Assembly: GCA_036405415.1 (NCBI GenBank)
Contig: DASWXP010000002.1
Coordinates: 125,862 to 189,861 of the forward strand
Reading direction: 5' to 3'
DNA from: Minisyncoccota bacterium
Lineage (GTDB): Bacteria > Patescibacteriota > Minisyncoccia > Phycocordibacterales > Phycocordibacteraceae
DNA: 64,000 bases
The position numbers and the translations under genes are program-made. Below, one piece after another: positions 18,071 to 26,812 of the stretch. The notes below the pieces were generated by a model, which did no database searches, had not been told where the DNA came from, and saw nothing but the letters and a program-made list of their open reading frames with translations. Within the stretch, counting starts at the first letter, position 1, and each line of letters starts with the position of its first letter.

Positions 18071-18697
18071 TTACTCTCCCTGGTACAGGAACCGGAAGCC
18101 GCCTTGGCGCCAGCGATCGCAGACTTCCTGGTTCTGCGGCTGGATTCGCCCGTAGCAGTTCTGGTTGAAGAACCTGCGCTGCTCGCGACAGAAGTCGGTG
18201 TTGTAGTGGCCGATGGCGCTGCGGTTGGCGTTGCAGTGGAAGGACTGGCTGCCATAAGGCGGCGGGTATCCTTGCCTCTGGTCGAGCTGCCGTAGCTGCA
18301 TCGCCGTCGAGGCGTTGATGGGCAGGATCTTCTGGAATCTCAGGAGACCCCCGGTCCGGCCCCATTCGAACTTCCCATCCGCGCAGCCCATTACCGGCCT
18401 GCCGAGGAAGTCCTCCCTCCTGCAGGACGCCAGGTTCGCGGTTTCGACCAGGATCTCGACGAGACTGGTGCGAGACGCGATCGTCGACAGCTGGTATAGA
18501 CTGTTGCTGTCCTGGCAGTAGAGTACGCGCTCGCCTAGGATTGTACGATCACGGCCGACGCCCCCGTCCGGACAGACGTTTGAGATGGTCCGGTCAGGGC
18601 TCTGGTCCTGCGCAGTGGCGAGGTTCGGTGCGACCAGCGTGAGCATGGCCGCCACGATCCCAAGCGCCCAAAGGCGCGAAGTAACGATATGCGACAT
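18071..18697 (-). CDS. Secreted cysteine-rich hypothetical protein (208 aa)
   Basis: Signal peptide MSHIVTSRLWALGIVAAMLTLVAPNLATA-QD, then 8 Cys in the mature region. Own promoter (TATAGAAT at 18746-18753, minus strand). Sits between dnaK and dnaJ. Confidence 0.6.
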   Translation of the reverse strand: MSHIVTSRLWALGIVAAMLTLVAPNLATAQDQSPDRTISNVCPDGGVGRDRTILGERVLYCQDSNSLYQLSTIASRTSLVEILVETANLASCRREDFLGRPVMGCADGKFEWGRTGGLLRFQKILPINASTAMQLRQLDQRQGYPPPYGSQSFHCNANRSAIGHYNTDFCREQRRFFNQNCYGRIQPQNQEVCDRWRQGGFRFLYQGE

Positions 18698-18770
18698 AAA
18701 GAGCTCCGTGGCTGCGTCCCCGAAGGGCCAATTGACGTTAGCTAGATTCTATAGCATAACTTGAGAAAGT

Positions 18771-18801
18771 CAAGAGCCGCAGCGTGGTGCTGCGGCTCTT
18801 G
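18771..18801. terminator. Hairpin caagagccgcagc-gtggt-gctgcggctcttg downstream of dnaK
   Basis: 13-bp perfect stem. A T-rich tract follows on the minus strand. Confidence 0.5.
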
Positions 18802-18814
18802 AATCTAAGGATTT

Positions 18815-20701
18815 TTAGTCTTCTTTTGGCTTCTCTTCGGTAAATTCTGCGTCAGTAGCCGCTCCTTCCTCCTTCGGAGCCTCTGCTGCCTGCTGCTCTT
18901 CCTTCATCATGCTCTCGCCAATCTTCGAGAGCGAGGTCGAGAGCTCCTCGGATGCAGTCTTGATCGCATCTACGCTATCGCCGTCGCGCGCGGTGCGGAG
19001 TGCGGCGATCTTCTCGTTCACCTCCTTCACCACGTCCTCCCCTGCCTTCTCGCCATTCTCCTTCACGGCCTTCTCGGCGGTGTAGATCATCTGCTCTGCG
19101 AGGTTCTTGACCTCGACGAGCTCCTTGCGCTTCTCGTCCTCAGCCTTGTTCGCCTCAGCGTCCGCCTTCATCTTCTCGATGTCGGCATCTGAGAGGCCGG
19201 TTGATCCCTCGATGCGGATGGACTGCTCCTTGCCGGTGGTCTTCTCCTTGGCCTTCACGGTTAGGATGCCGTTGCTGTCGACATCAAACGTAACCTCGAC
19301 CTGCGGCATGCCGCGCGGTGCCGGCGGGATGCCGTCGAGCATGAAGCGTCCGAGCGACTTGTTATCGGAAGCCATCGCGCGCTCGCCCTGCGTGACATGG
19401 ATTTCAACGGATGTCTGGTTGTCTGACGCGGTCGAGAACACCTGGGACCGCGAGGTCGGGACCGCGGTATTGCGCTCGATGAGCTTGGTCGCGACGCCGC
19501 CCATGGTCTCGATCGAGAGCGAGAGCGGGATCACGTCGACGAGAAGGATGTCCTTCACGTCGCCCTGCAGGATACCTGCCTGGATCGCCGCGCCGATAGC
19601 CACCACTTCGTCCGGGTTCACGTCACGATGCGGCTTCTTCCCGAAAAGCTTCTCTACCTCTTCCTGGATCTTCGGCATGCGGGTCTGGCCGCCCACGAGG
19701 ATGACCTCCTCGATATCAGCGGCCTTGAAGCCGGACGCTTCGAGCGCGCGCTTCGTGATATCGATGGAGCGCGCGATGTATTCGTCCGCGAGCGACTCCA
19801 AGGTCGCGCGCGAGAGCTTCACGAGAAGGTGCTGCGGTGTGCCATCGGAACCTACGGTCACGAACGGGATGTTCACCTCGGTCTCAGTTGCGGTAGAAAG
19901 CTCGAGCTTCGCCTTCTCAGCCGCTTCATCGAGGCGCTGAAGCGCGAGGGGATCCTTCGTGATGTCGAGCCCCGATTCCTTCTTGAACTCGTCGGCGAGG
20001 TGACGGACGATCTTCTGGTCGATATCGCGGCCGCCCATGTGGCTGTCACCGTCGGTAGCCTTCACCTCGATAACGTCGTCGCCGACCTCGAGCACCGACA
20101 CGTCGAACGTGCCGCCGCCGAAGTCGAACACGACGATCTGCTGGTCCTTCTTCTTGTTGAAACCATACGCGAGCGCTGCCGCAGTCGGCTCGTTGATGAT
20201 GCGCTTTACGTCGAGTCCTGCGACCTGGCCTGCTGCCTTGGTCGCTGCGCGCTGCGCGTCATCGAAGTACGCAGGCACGGTGATAACCGCCTCGGTGATG
20301 GTCTCGCCGAGCTTCTTCTCCGCGTCAGCCTTGAGCTTTGCGAGGATCATCGCGGACACCTCCTCTGGACGGTAATCCTTCTCGCCGAGATGTACCTGCA
20401 CGCCGCCGTCAGGACCTGCCTTGATCTCGTACGGCACGACGTCCTTGTCCTTCGTTACGACATCATCCTCGAAGCGATGGCCCATGAAGCGCTTGATGCC
20501 GTAGATAGTGTTCTTCGGATTCGTGACGGCCTGGCGCTTCGCGAGCGTGCCTACGAGGCGCTCGCCATTTTTTGCGATCGCGACGACCGATGGCGTAGTG
20601 CGCGCGCCTTCAGCGTTCTCAAGCACGCGCGGCTCGCCCCCCTCCATGATGGCCATGGCGGAGTTGGTAGTACCAAGATCGATACCGAGGATCTTTCCCA
20701 T
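18815..20701 (-). CDS. dnaK: Chaperone DnaK (Hsp70)
   Basis: [14 protein letters not shown]..., DLGGGTFD, and full Hsp70 architecture. The track start is TTG; the ATG is at 20701. Confidence 0.95.
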   Translation of the reverse strand: MGKILGIDLGTTNSAMAIMEGGEPRVLENAEGARTTPSVVAIAKNGERLVGTLAKRQAVTNPKNTIYGIKRFMGHRFEDDVVTKDKDVVPYEIKAGPDGGVQVHLGEKDYRPEEVSAMILAKLKADAEKKLGETITEAVITVPAYFDDAQRAATKAAGQVAGLDVKRIINEPTAAALAYGFNKKKDQQIVVFDFGGGTFDVSVLEVGDDVIEVKATDGDSHMGGRDIDQKIVRHLADEFKKESGLDITKDPLALQRLDEAAEKAKLELSTATETEVNIPFVTVGSDGTPQHLLVKLSRATLESLADEYIARSIDITKRALEASGFKAADIEEVILVGGQTRMPKIQEEVEKLFGKKPHRDVNPDEVVAIGAAIQAGILQGDVKDILLVDVIPLSLSIETMGGVATKLIERNTAVPTSRSQVFSTASDNQTSVEIHVTQGERAMASDNKSLGRFMLDGIPPAPRGMPQVEVTFDVDSNGILTVKAKEKTTGKEQSIRIEGSTGLSDADIEKMKADAEANKAEDEKRKELVEVKNLAEQMIYTAEKAVKENGEKAGEDVVKEVNEKIAALRTARDGDSVDAIKTASEELSTSLSKIGESMMKEEQQAAEAPKEEGAATDAEFTEEKPKED

Positions 20702-20784
20702 AGTCAAAAGAAGTTAGTGTGTAACTCTATATAAACGCCCACTGATTTCCCTATTTTACGCTTCCCGTTTTCAGCCTTCAAGGC

Positions 20785-21336
20785 CTATCCGGCGAAGCTC
20801 CCGACGCGCACCTTTGCAGGCCGCACCACGGCTTCTCCCGCCATCCAGCCCTGCTCGAGCACGGCGGTAACCGTATCGTCCTTCGCCTGCTCTGCCACCT
20901 CGTCCTGTCCGAGCGCCTCATGGCGCATCGGATCGAACGCTTCTCCAATCGAGCCAAACGGGGCGAGTCCGAGCGAGTTTGCCGCGTCATGCAGCTGCTT
21001 AGCAACCATCTGAAACGATTCCGGGATCTCGCCTGCCGCTTCTGCGCGTGTGAGTGTGTCGAGCACGGTTATGAACGCGCGTGCTGCCTTTATGGAGCCC
21101 TGTGCCTTCGCTTCTGTCTTCTCTTCTTCAAACCGCTTGAGCGCGTTTACGTAATCTGCCTTCGCACGCTGCCAGCCGTCCATGTATTCCTGACGCTCTG
21201 CCTTGCACTGCTCGAGCTCTTTGCGGAGCTTCGCGAGCTTCGTATCAGCACGGGATTCCTGCTCCTCAAGCTCAACTTCGCTCATTCCGTCTTCTTCAGC
21301 GCCATCGCGCTCCAAAACAACATCGTCTTCTTGCAT
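20785..21336 (-). CDS. grpE: Nucleotide exchange factor GrpE
   Basis: 183 aa. Coiled-coil N-terminus plus a GrpE C-terminal domain (VLDTLTRA... FDPMRHEALG). Confidence 0.85.
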   Translation of the reverse strand: MQEDDVVLERDGAEEDGMSEVELEEQESRADTKLAKLRKELEQCKAERQEYMDGWQRAKADYVNALKRFEEEKTEAKAQGSIKAARAFITVLDTLTRAEAAGEIPESFQMVAKQLHDAANSLGLAPFGSIGEAFDPMRHEALGQDEVAEQAKDDTVTAVLEQGWMAGEAVVRPAKVRVGSFAG

Positions 21337-21375
21337 GAGGAAACTATGCGCGAAAGCGCGCTTCCAGTCAAAAGG

Positions 21376-21906
21376 TTAGAACAGTCCCCCGAACCAAGCA
21401 GCAATGCTGGCCCAGATCCGAGCAAAGAAGCTCTCCTTTAGAGAAGCGGTAGTGGCCGCCTCAATGGAAGACGTCGCAAAGTTCGTCGCTACTGTTCCTG
21501 GTATAGGCAGCAATGATTTCGCTTTGGGCTCAGCCGTCTGATCTCCTTCATATGCAGTGCAGTATCCCGGTGCCGGATCTCCGGCACATGCCTTGAGCGT
21601 GCAGTACGAATCCCCGTCAGGTCCTCTCCCGCAAGAATTGCACCCGTCAAACCATGCGGTGCAATGTTCAGGCGGCACATATCCTTTTCCTGGGAGTTCT
21701 TGATCAGTGCATTCGCCCTGATGCTTAAACGTGCCGCCTTCTGCTCCGAGCGTGCAGCTATTCCCGTACGTCCTGTATGCGCCTTTCATATCCGTGCCGC
21801 ATACGGGCGCGTATTCCATGGTGCACATGACAGGCGTGCGCGCTTCAGTAAGGAGCGGCACGGATGAAATTACAAGCGCGCCAAGAATAATAGCGAGGTT
21901 CTTCAT
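21376..21906 (-). CDS. Secreted cysteine-rich protein with a Kazal-type inhibitor-like domain and a C-terminal hydrophobic tail
   Basis: Signal peptide MKNLAIILGALVISSVPLLTEA. Segment CTMEYAPVCGTDMKGAYRTYGNSCTLGAEGGTFKHQGEC matches the Kazal consensus (C..PVCG.D..TY.N.C.L....C). A second Cys-rich module follows, and the C-terminus is hydrophobic. Confidence 0.6.
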   Translation of the reverse strand: MKNLAIILGALVISSVPLLTEARTPVMCTMEYAPVCGTDMKGAYRTYGNSCTLGAEGGTFKHQGECTDQELPGKGYVPPEHCTAWFDGCNSCGRGPDGDSYCTLKACAGDPAPGYCTAYEGDQTAEPKAKSLLPIPGTVATNFATSSIEAATTASLKESFFARIWASIAAWFGGLF

Positions 21907-21943
21907 CTCGCTACAGTAGACGCACCAGGAACCCGTCCCTTAC

Positions 21944-22204
21944 CTAGAAATCAAAGAGGTCTGCGAGCGGATTCTCGCGGCGGTGTTTCTTATGTCCGTA
22001 GGAACCCTGGTCGCTATCACGGTATGCGCGCTCTGGGTACTCGGGCATACGGGGCGCAGGCTGCGCAGGAACGCCGCCGCGCTCGATGATCTTGTCGAGC
22101 TCGCCACGGTCAAGCCATACGCCCCGGCATTGCGGGCAGTAGTCGATCTCGACGCCCTGGCGCTCGGTCATCTGAAGCTCTGAAGAATCGATGGGGCATT
22201 TCAT
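21944..22204 (-). CDS. Zinc-ribbon domain protein (TFIIB-type Zn ribbon family)
   Basis: 86 aa: MKCPIDSSEL...EIDYCPQCRGVWLDRGELDKII, the typical CPxC...CPxCxGxWLD pattern. Confidence 0.6.
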   Translation of the reverse strand: MKCPIDSSELQMTERQGVEIDYCPQCRGVWLDRGELDKIIERGGVPAQPAPRMPEYPERAYRDSDQGSYGHKKHRRENPLADLFDF

Positions 22205-22216
22205 AGACGGTAGAAA

Positions 22217-22609
22217 TTATTCAGTAGTGTCTCCAAGGAACTCCTCGTGATCCTGCTCTGCGTCCGCCTTGGTCTTATGGACCGTACCGTCCTCATGATG
22301 CGGGGTAGCGTAAATTGAGTAGAGCTTGAGCGCACCCTCGCCCGTGTTCACGATATTATGTTTCGTGCCTGCCGGGATAACGGTAGCCGCATCGTCACGA
22401 AGCTCGTGCTCCACGCCGTCGAGTATCGCCTTTCCGCTCCCTTGTTCGACACGGATGAACTGATCCTGTCCGTGCACCTCCTCTCCGATGTCCTCATTCG
22501 CAGGGATGCTCATAACCACGAGCTGCATGTAGGACGCGGTATAGAGCACCTTCCTGAAATTCTCGTTCTCCAGGGTCTCTTTCTCTATGTCTGTGATGAA
22601 GCCTTTCAT
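22217..22609 (-). CDS. Cupin-domain protein
   Basis: 130 aa. Cupin motifs G(x)5HxH (EEVHGQDQF) and the second motif (PAGTKHN). Confidence 0.7.
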   Translation of the reverse strand: MKGFITDIEKETLENENFRKVLYTASYMQLVVMSIPANEDIGEEVHGQDQFIRVEQGSGKAILDGVEHELRDDAATVIPAGTKHNIVNTGEGALKLYSIYATPHHEDGTVHKTKADAEQDHEEFLGDTTE

Positions 22610-22652
22610 ATGCGTAATTCTACCTCATACCCGCTGAACGCTTCATGAAAGG

Positions 22653-22680
22653 AAAAGGTCCCGCGTGTGCGGGACCTTTT
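22653..22680. terminator. Bidirectional rho-independent terminator (AAAA-ggtcccgc-gtgt-gcgggacc-TTTT) after rpsI
   Basis: 8-bp GC-rich stem flanked by A and T runs. Confidence 0.6.
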
Positions 22681-22691
22681 CGTAAGAAATG

Positions 22692-23093
22692 CTAGCGCTT
22701 GCTCCACTGCGGGCGCTTGCGGGCCTTAAGAAGACCCGGCTTCTTGCGCTCCTTGGAACGCTGGTCGCGGGTGAGGAAGCCTGCTGCCTTAACCGTTCCG
22801 CGGCTGTTCTCCTCTGCCTTCGTGAGGGCGCGCGCAATGCCGTGGCGGACTGCCTCGGCCTGGGCTGCGATGCCGCCGCCCAAAACCTTAGCCTCAACCT
22901 GGTAGTTCTCCTTCCACTCGCCTGCGCGGAAGACGTCGCCCGTGACGCTCTCGCGCTCTGCGGTCTTGAAGTACTCGCGCGCGGACATGCCGTTCACGGT
23001 AACCGAGTTCTCCTTCGCCGGGGTGAGCTTCACGCGCGCGGATGCGGTCTTCCTGCGACCGACTGCGGTGACGTAGTTTTTCTGTTCAGCCAT
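22692..23093 (-). CDS. rpsI: 30S ribosomal protein S9
   Basis: 133 aa with a basic C-terminus ...KPGLLKARKRPQWSKR. Confidence 0.9.
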   Translation of the reverse strand: MAEQKNYVTAVGRRKTASARVKLTPAKENSVTVNGMSAREYFKTAERESVTGDVFRAGEWKENYQVEAKVLGGGIAAQAEAVRHGIARALTKAEENSRGTVKAAGFLTRDQRSKERKKPGLLKARKRPQWSKR

Positions 23094-23101
23094 AACGAAG
23101 A

Positions 23102-23479
23102 TTAATCGGTGATAGTAAGACGCTTCATGCGCTCCTTGCGGAGCTTGTTGCGCGGGATCATGCCGTCCACTGCCTTGCGGAGCGCTTCAGCGACGCCCTT
23201 ACGCTCAAGAAGGCGCGCGAGCGGCGTGATGCGGAGACCGCCCGGGTAGCCGGTGTAGTGCGTGTACTCCTTGCCCGCGATGCGCTTCTCGCTCATGACG
23301 AGCTGCTTCGCGTTCACGATCGCAACCTCTACCGGAAGTACGGCGTTCTGTACGTAGTTCGCGCTCTTCTTTCCGAGAAGGACGCTTGCAGCCTCCGACG
23401 CTACGCGGCCGAGGGACTGGCCGGCTGCGTCGATGGTGTAGAGCGTGCGCTCTCCGTTCTGTGTCTTGGTAGTAGTCAT
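23102..23479 (-). CDS. rplM: 50S ribosomal protein L13
   Basis: 125 aa with an L13-like N-terminus (TLYTIDAAGQSLGRVASEAASVLLGK). Confidence 0.9.
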   Translation of the reverse strand: MTTTKTQNGERTLYTIDAAGQSLGRVASEAASVLLGKKSANYVQNAVLPVEVAIVNAKQLVMSEKRIAGKEYTHYTGYPGGLRITPLARLLERKGVAEALRKAVDGMIPRNKLRKERMKRLTITD

Positions 23480-23481
23480 GG

Positions 23482-23835
23482 TTATACGAATGCGATGTAC
23501 GCGGTCTTGCGGCCGTCGGTTGCGGTTGCGGCACGCTTCACGATGCGGGTGTAGCCACCGGCACGCTCAGCGTAGCGAGGCGCGATGGTCTGGAAGAGCT
23601 TCGCGGTTGCCTCGTCATCGTTCCCGAGGCGCGCAAGCACGAGGCGGCGGTTCGCCACCGTGTCCTTTCGGGCGTGGGATACGAGCTTCTCGATAACCGG
23701 GCGAAGCTCCTTAGCCTTTGCCTCCGTCGTCGAGATGCGCTCGTGAATGATGAGGGAACGCATAAGCGAACGCATGAGCGCTACGCGCTGGTCATGCGTA
23801 CGTCCGAACGTCCTTCCTTTGTGATGATGGCGCAT
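23482..23835 (-). CDS. rplQ: 50S ribosomal protein L17
   Basis: MRHHHKGRTFGRTHDQRVALMRSL... is a canonical L17 start. 117 aa. Confidence 0.9.
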   Translation of the reverse strand: MRHHHKGRTFGRTHDQRVALMRSLMRSLIIHERISTTEAKAKELRPVIEKLVSHARKDTVANRRLVLARLGNDDEATAKLFQTIAPRYAERAGGYTRIVKRAATATDGRKTAYIAFV

Positions 23836-23884
23836 AAATCCTGTTTTAACACGATTCTCGACTGGAGTCCAAATCGCTTACCTA

Positions 23885-24844
23885 TTACTCGCCCTTGAGC
23901 TCGAGACCGAGCTGATCAAGAGCATCCTGAATATCTGCAACGGCCTTATCGCCGATGCCGTCGAGCTCCTTGAGCTGCGACGCGGTCTTCTTAACGAGAC
24001 CTGCCACCGACTTGATGCCTGCCTCGTCGAGCGCTGCCTCGACGCGCGCGCCAAGGTTAAGCTCGTCGATCTTCACCTTGGCCGGGTCCTTGCCTGCAGG
24101 CATATCAGCCGCGCTCGGCATGGATACTGCTGCCGAAGCCGGAGCTTCTGCAGCTGCCTCCTGGAAGCCGATGACCGCTGAAAGCTGCTGGATCATGGTC
24201 TCGATAGACTTCTCAAGCGCCTCACGCGGGGTGATGGTGCCGTTGGTCTCGATAAGGATGCGCAGGCGATTGAAGTCCGTACGGTCGCCAACGCGCATGT
24301 TCTCTACCTCGTAGTTAACGCGGCGGATTGGGGTGAAGGTCGCGTCAAGCGCGATGGTACCGATATCAACCTTCTCCTTGGTAAGCACCTCGCGCGGCAC
24401 GTAGCCGAGACCGCGCTCGATCGTTGCCTCGAGCTCGAACGAGATTTTTCCGGAGATGTCTGCGATGTGCGCCTCTGGATTTGCGATCTCAACCTGGCTC
24501 GGAAGCTTGAAGTCCGCTGCGGTGACCGCCTTAGGACCCTTAACGGATAGCGAGATGGTCTGCGCCTCGTCGCCATGAAGCGCGAAGTGCACGCGCTTCA
24601 AGTTAAGAAGCACCTCCATGACGGACTCGCGGACGCCGTCCATGGTCGCGAACTCGTGCGATACGCCCTCGATCTTCACCGAGGTGATAGCAGCGCCCGG
24701 AAGCGACGCATGGATGATACGGCGGAGCGAGTTGCCAAGCGTATGACCGTACCCTGGGTAGAGGGAGTCGATCTCATAAACGCCCTGGACGCCTTCTTCA
24801 GAGACGACGCGAGGCTTAGACGGGAGCGTGATGTGGTATTCCAT
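23885..24844 (-). CDS. rpoA: DNA-directed RNA polymerase subunit alpha
   Basis: 319 aa with an alpha N-terminal dimerisation domain and a C-terminal domain with HhH (ELNLGARVEAALDEAGIKSVAGL). Confidence 0.9.
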   Translation of the reverse strand: MEYHITLPSKPRVVSEEGVQGVYEIDSLYPGYGHTLGNSLRRIIHASLPGAAITSVKIEGVSHEFATMDGVRESVMEVLLNLKRVHFALHGDEAQTISLSVKGPKAVTAADFKLPSQVEIANPEAHIADISGKISFELEATIERGLGYVPREVLTKEKVDIGTIALDATFTPIRRVNYEVENMRVGDRTDFNRLRILIETNGTITPREALEKSIETMIQQLSAVIGFQEAAAEAPASAAVSMPSAADMPAGKDPAKVKIDELNLGARVEAALDEAGIKSVAGLVKKTASQLKELDGIGDKAVADIQDALDQLGLELKGE

Positions 24845-24888
24845 GACTCAATCGATATTAGACCAACAAAATAGCTGACTACTAAAAA

Positions 24889-25503
24889 CTAGCGGCTGTA
24901 GAACGAGAGCACCGCGACGAGGTCGCCGGCAGGACTTGCCGCCTCCTCGGTCGGCACCTCCTGGACGCCGCCCTCCATGGTCTTAGGATTCCAAGAAAGC
25001 CAAGACGAAAGGGTCGGGCGCTCCATGAACTTCTCTGCGAAGCCCTCGAAGAGCGGAAGACCCTTCGAACCCTCGCGAACCGCGATGCGATCGCCCACCT
25101 TCATCGCACGTGATGGAATGGTGGTCTTCACGCCGTTCACGGTGATGTGACCGTGAGAAACCATCTGACGAGCCGCACGACGCGTCGGCGCGAGGCCGAG
25201 GCGGTAGATAACATTGTCGAGACGAAGCTCGAGAAGACGATGAAGCGTCTGCGCAGGAGGTGCACCATGGGTCTTCATGGCGGTTGCTACAGAGTTGCTG
25301 AACTGCTTCTCCGAGATGCCGTAGGTGACGCGCACCTTCTGCTTCTCAAGGAGCTGCTTTCCGTACTCGGTCTGCTGGGAGCGGCGTCCTTTCTTCGCGC
25401 GCGCAGCACGCTCCTCTGCGAGGGCGAACTTCTGTGTCTGGGTCTTCTCGAAGACGGATGCGCCGAGGCGCTTCGCGATCTTGTACTTAGGTCCGATTTT
25501 CAT
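24889..25503 (-). CDS. rpsD: 30S ribosomal protein S4
   Basis: 204 aa with an S4 N-terminus and S4 RNA-binding domain (RLDNVIYRLGLAPTRRAARQMVSHGHITVNG). Confidence 0.9.
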   Translation of the reverse strand: MKIGPKYKIAKRLGASVFEKTQTQKFALAEERAARAKKGRRSQQTEYGKQLLEKQKVRVTYGISEKQFSNSVATAMKTHGAPPAQTLHRLLELRLDNVIYRLGLAPTRRAARQMVSHGHITVNGVKTTIPSRAMKVGDRIAVREGSKGLPLFEGFAEKFMERPTLSSWLSWNPKTMEGGVQEVPTEEAASPAGDLVAVLSFYSR

Positions 25504-25524
25504 AGGTAAGATTAGATGAGAAGA

Positions 25525-25959
25525 CTAGACGCGACGAGGCTTAGGCGGGCGCGGGCCGTTGTGCGGCACTGGGGTTGCGTCCTTGATAGCGCGGATAGCG
25601 ATACCCTTGCCTGCGAATGCGCGGAGCGCGGACTCGCGGCCAGCACCGATGCCGCGGATAACCACGGACGCCTCCTTGAGGCCGATAAGGAGCGCCTTGT
25701 CGCCAAGGAGCTCGCCCACCTTCGCTGCTGCGTACGGGGTGGACTTGCGGGCGCCGGAGAAGCCGAGCGCGCCAGCAGAAGAAGACATGATGGCATTGCC
25801 CTTGTCGTCGGTGAGGACGGCCTTCGTATTGTTGAAGGTAGCCTCGACATGAAGCACGCCGCGCTCAAGGCGCTTCTTGACGGCCTTGGACATGGCGCGG
25901 TCCTTGCGGCCCTGATCCATGCCCTTGCCTGACTTCTTGATGATTCGTTTCTTACCCAT
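25525..25959 (-). CDS. rpsK: 30S ribosomal protein S11
   Basis: S11 core HVEATFNNTKAVLTDDKGNAIMSSSAGALGFSGARKSTPYAA. Confidence 0.9.
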   Translation of the reverse strand: MGKKRIIKKSGKGMDQGRKDRAMSKAVKKRLERGVLHVEATFNNTKAVLTDDKGNAIMSSSAGALGFSGARKSTPYAAAKVGELLGDKALLIGLKEASVVIRGIGAGRESALRAFAGKGIAIRAIKDATPVPHNGPRPPKPRRV

Positions 25960-25985
25960 AGGAAATTAATGTAATGCGCAGCGGA

Positions 25986-26366
25986 TTATGTCTTCTCGAG
26001 CGTACGGCGACCGCTACCCATCGTCTTGCGGGTGTTGCCGCGGACGGTGCGAGAGTTGGTCTTGGTGCGCTGAGCGCGAACCGGGAGGCGGCGCTCATGG
26101 CGAATACCGCGTGCAGAACGGATGTCCTTGAGGCGCTTTACGTTCTGGCCGATCTCGCGACGAAGCTCACCCTCGATGGTGTATGCCTCAGAAAGGGTGC
26201 GGATCTTCTGCTCCTCGTCAGCAGAGAGGTCGCTGCCCTTGCGGGTCGGCTCGACACCAGCCTCCTTGAGGATGTCGAGGGCACGGGTCGGACCAATGCC
26301 GAAGATAAGCGGCAGCGAGTACGCGAGCTGCTTGTCGTCAGGGAGCGTTACACCGGCGATACGCAT
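25986..26366 (-). CDS. rpsM: 30S ribosomal protein S13
   Basis: MRIAGVTLPDDKQLAYSLPLIFGIGPTRA... 126 aa. Confidence 0.9.
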   Translation of the reverse strand: MRIAGVTLPDDKQLAYSLPLIFGIGPTRALDILKEAGVEPTRKGSDLSADEEQKIRTLSEAYTIEGELRREIGQNVKRLKDIRSARGIRHERRLPVRAQRTKTNSRTVRGNTRKTMGSGRRTLEKT

Positions 26367-26407
26367 GGGATAGAAGGATTAGGAAATAGAATACTTAAAA
26401 CTGGCGG

Positions 26408-26524
26408 CTAGCCCTGGCGTGCCTTGCGGCGCGGGTTGCGCTTATTGATGCGGTACAAGCGTCCGCGTCGGCGGACGATGATGTCTCCAGGCTGCTGGAC
26501 TTTGATGGATGCGCGTACCTTCAT
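26408..26524 (-). CDS. rpmJ: 50S ribosomal protein L36
   Basis: Hand-translated 38 aa: [38 protein letters not shown]. Below the ORF-track length cutoff. Confidence 0.85.
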   Translation of the reverse strand: MKVRASIKVQQPGDIIVRRRGRLYRINKRNPRRKARQG

Positions 26525-26538
26525 CTTTACGGGTTTGT

Positions 26539-26754
26539 TTAGCTAAGCCGCCTCACGATACGAGCACGTCCTCCGTACGGGTCGATGACCAGCTCTACGC
26601 GGTCGCCGACCAGCACACGGATACGGTGCAGGCGCATCTTTCCTGCGAGATAAGCAAGCTGCAGCTCTCCCGACGGCATCCTAACGCGAAATAGCGAATT
26701 AGGAAGCACCTCCTCTACGGTGCCGGTATCAGCGTCTTCTTTACTTACCTCCAT
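26539..26754 (-). CDS. infA: Translation initiation factor IF-1
   Basis: [70 protein letters not shown] (S1-like OB fold). Start is ambiguous; ATGs at 26766/26769 are also possible. Confidence 0.85.
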   Translation of the reverse strand: MEVSKEDADTGTVEEVLPNSLFRVRMPSGELQLAYLAGKMRLHRIRVLVGDRVELVIDPYGGRARIVRRLS

Positions 26755-26812
26755 GTGAAGCTTCATCATCCTACCAAGTGCGGTAGGAAGCGTCAAATGC
26801 TATATCCCCTAT

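Noticed and set aside
19628-20734. Long plus-strand ORFs antisense to real genes. Examples: 19628..20734 opposite dnaK; 27086..28048 opposite the 422-aa hypothetical; 32067..33170 opposite the S46 peptidase; 42168..43484 opposite the membrane/MTase genes; 58083..59546 opposite uvrC/uvrA; 15344..16585 opposite the ABC transporter.
   Set aside because: The opposite strand carries unmistakable conserved proteins (DnaK, UvrA and others). Long antisense ORFs are expected by chance in ~60% GC DNA because stop codons are AT-rich. Their translations are low-complexity and Arg/Ala-rich with no motifs.
20708-21375. Looked for a CIRCE (TTAGCACTC-N9-GAGTGCTAA) heat-shock operator and an hrcA gene near grpE/dnaK.
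   Set aside because: No CIRCE-like inverted repeat is present upstream of grpE, dnaK or dnaJ, and no hrcA is in the window. Regulation must be by another mechanism.
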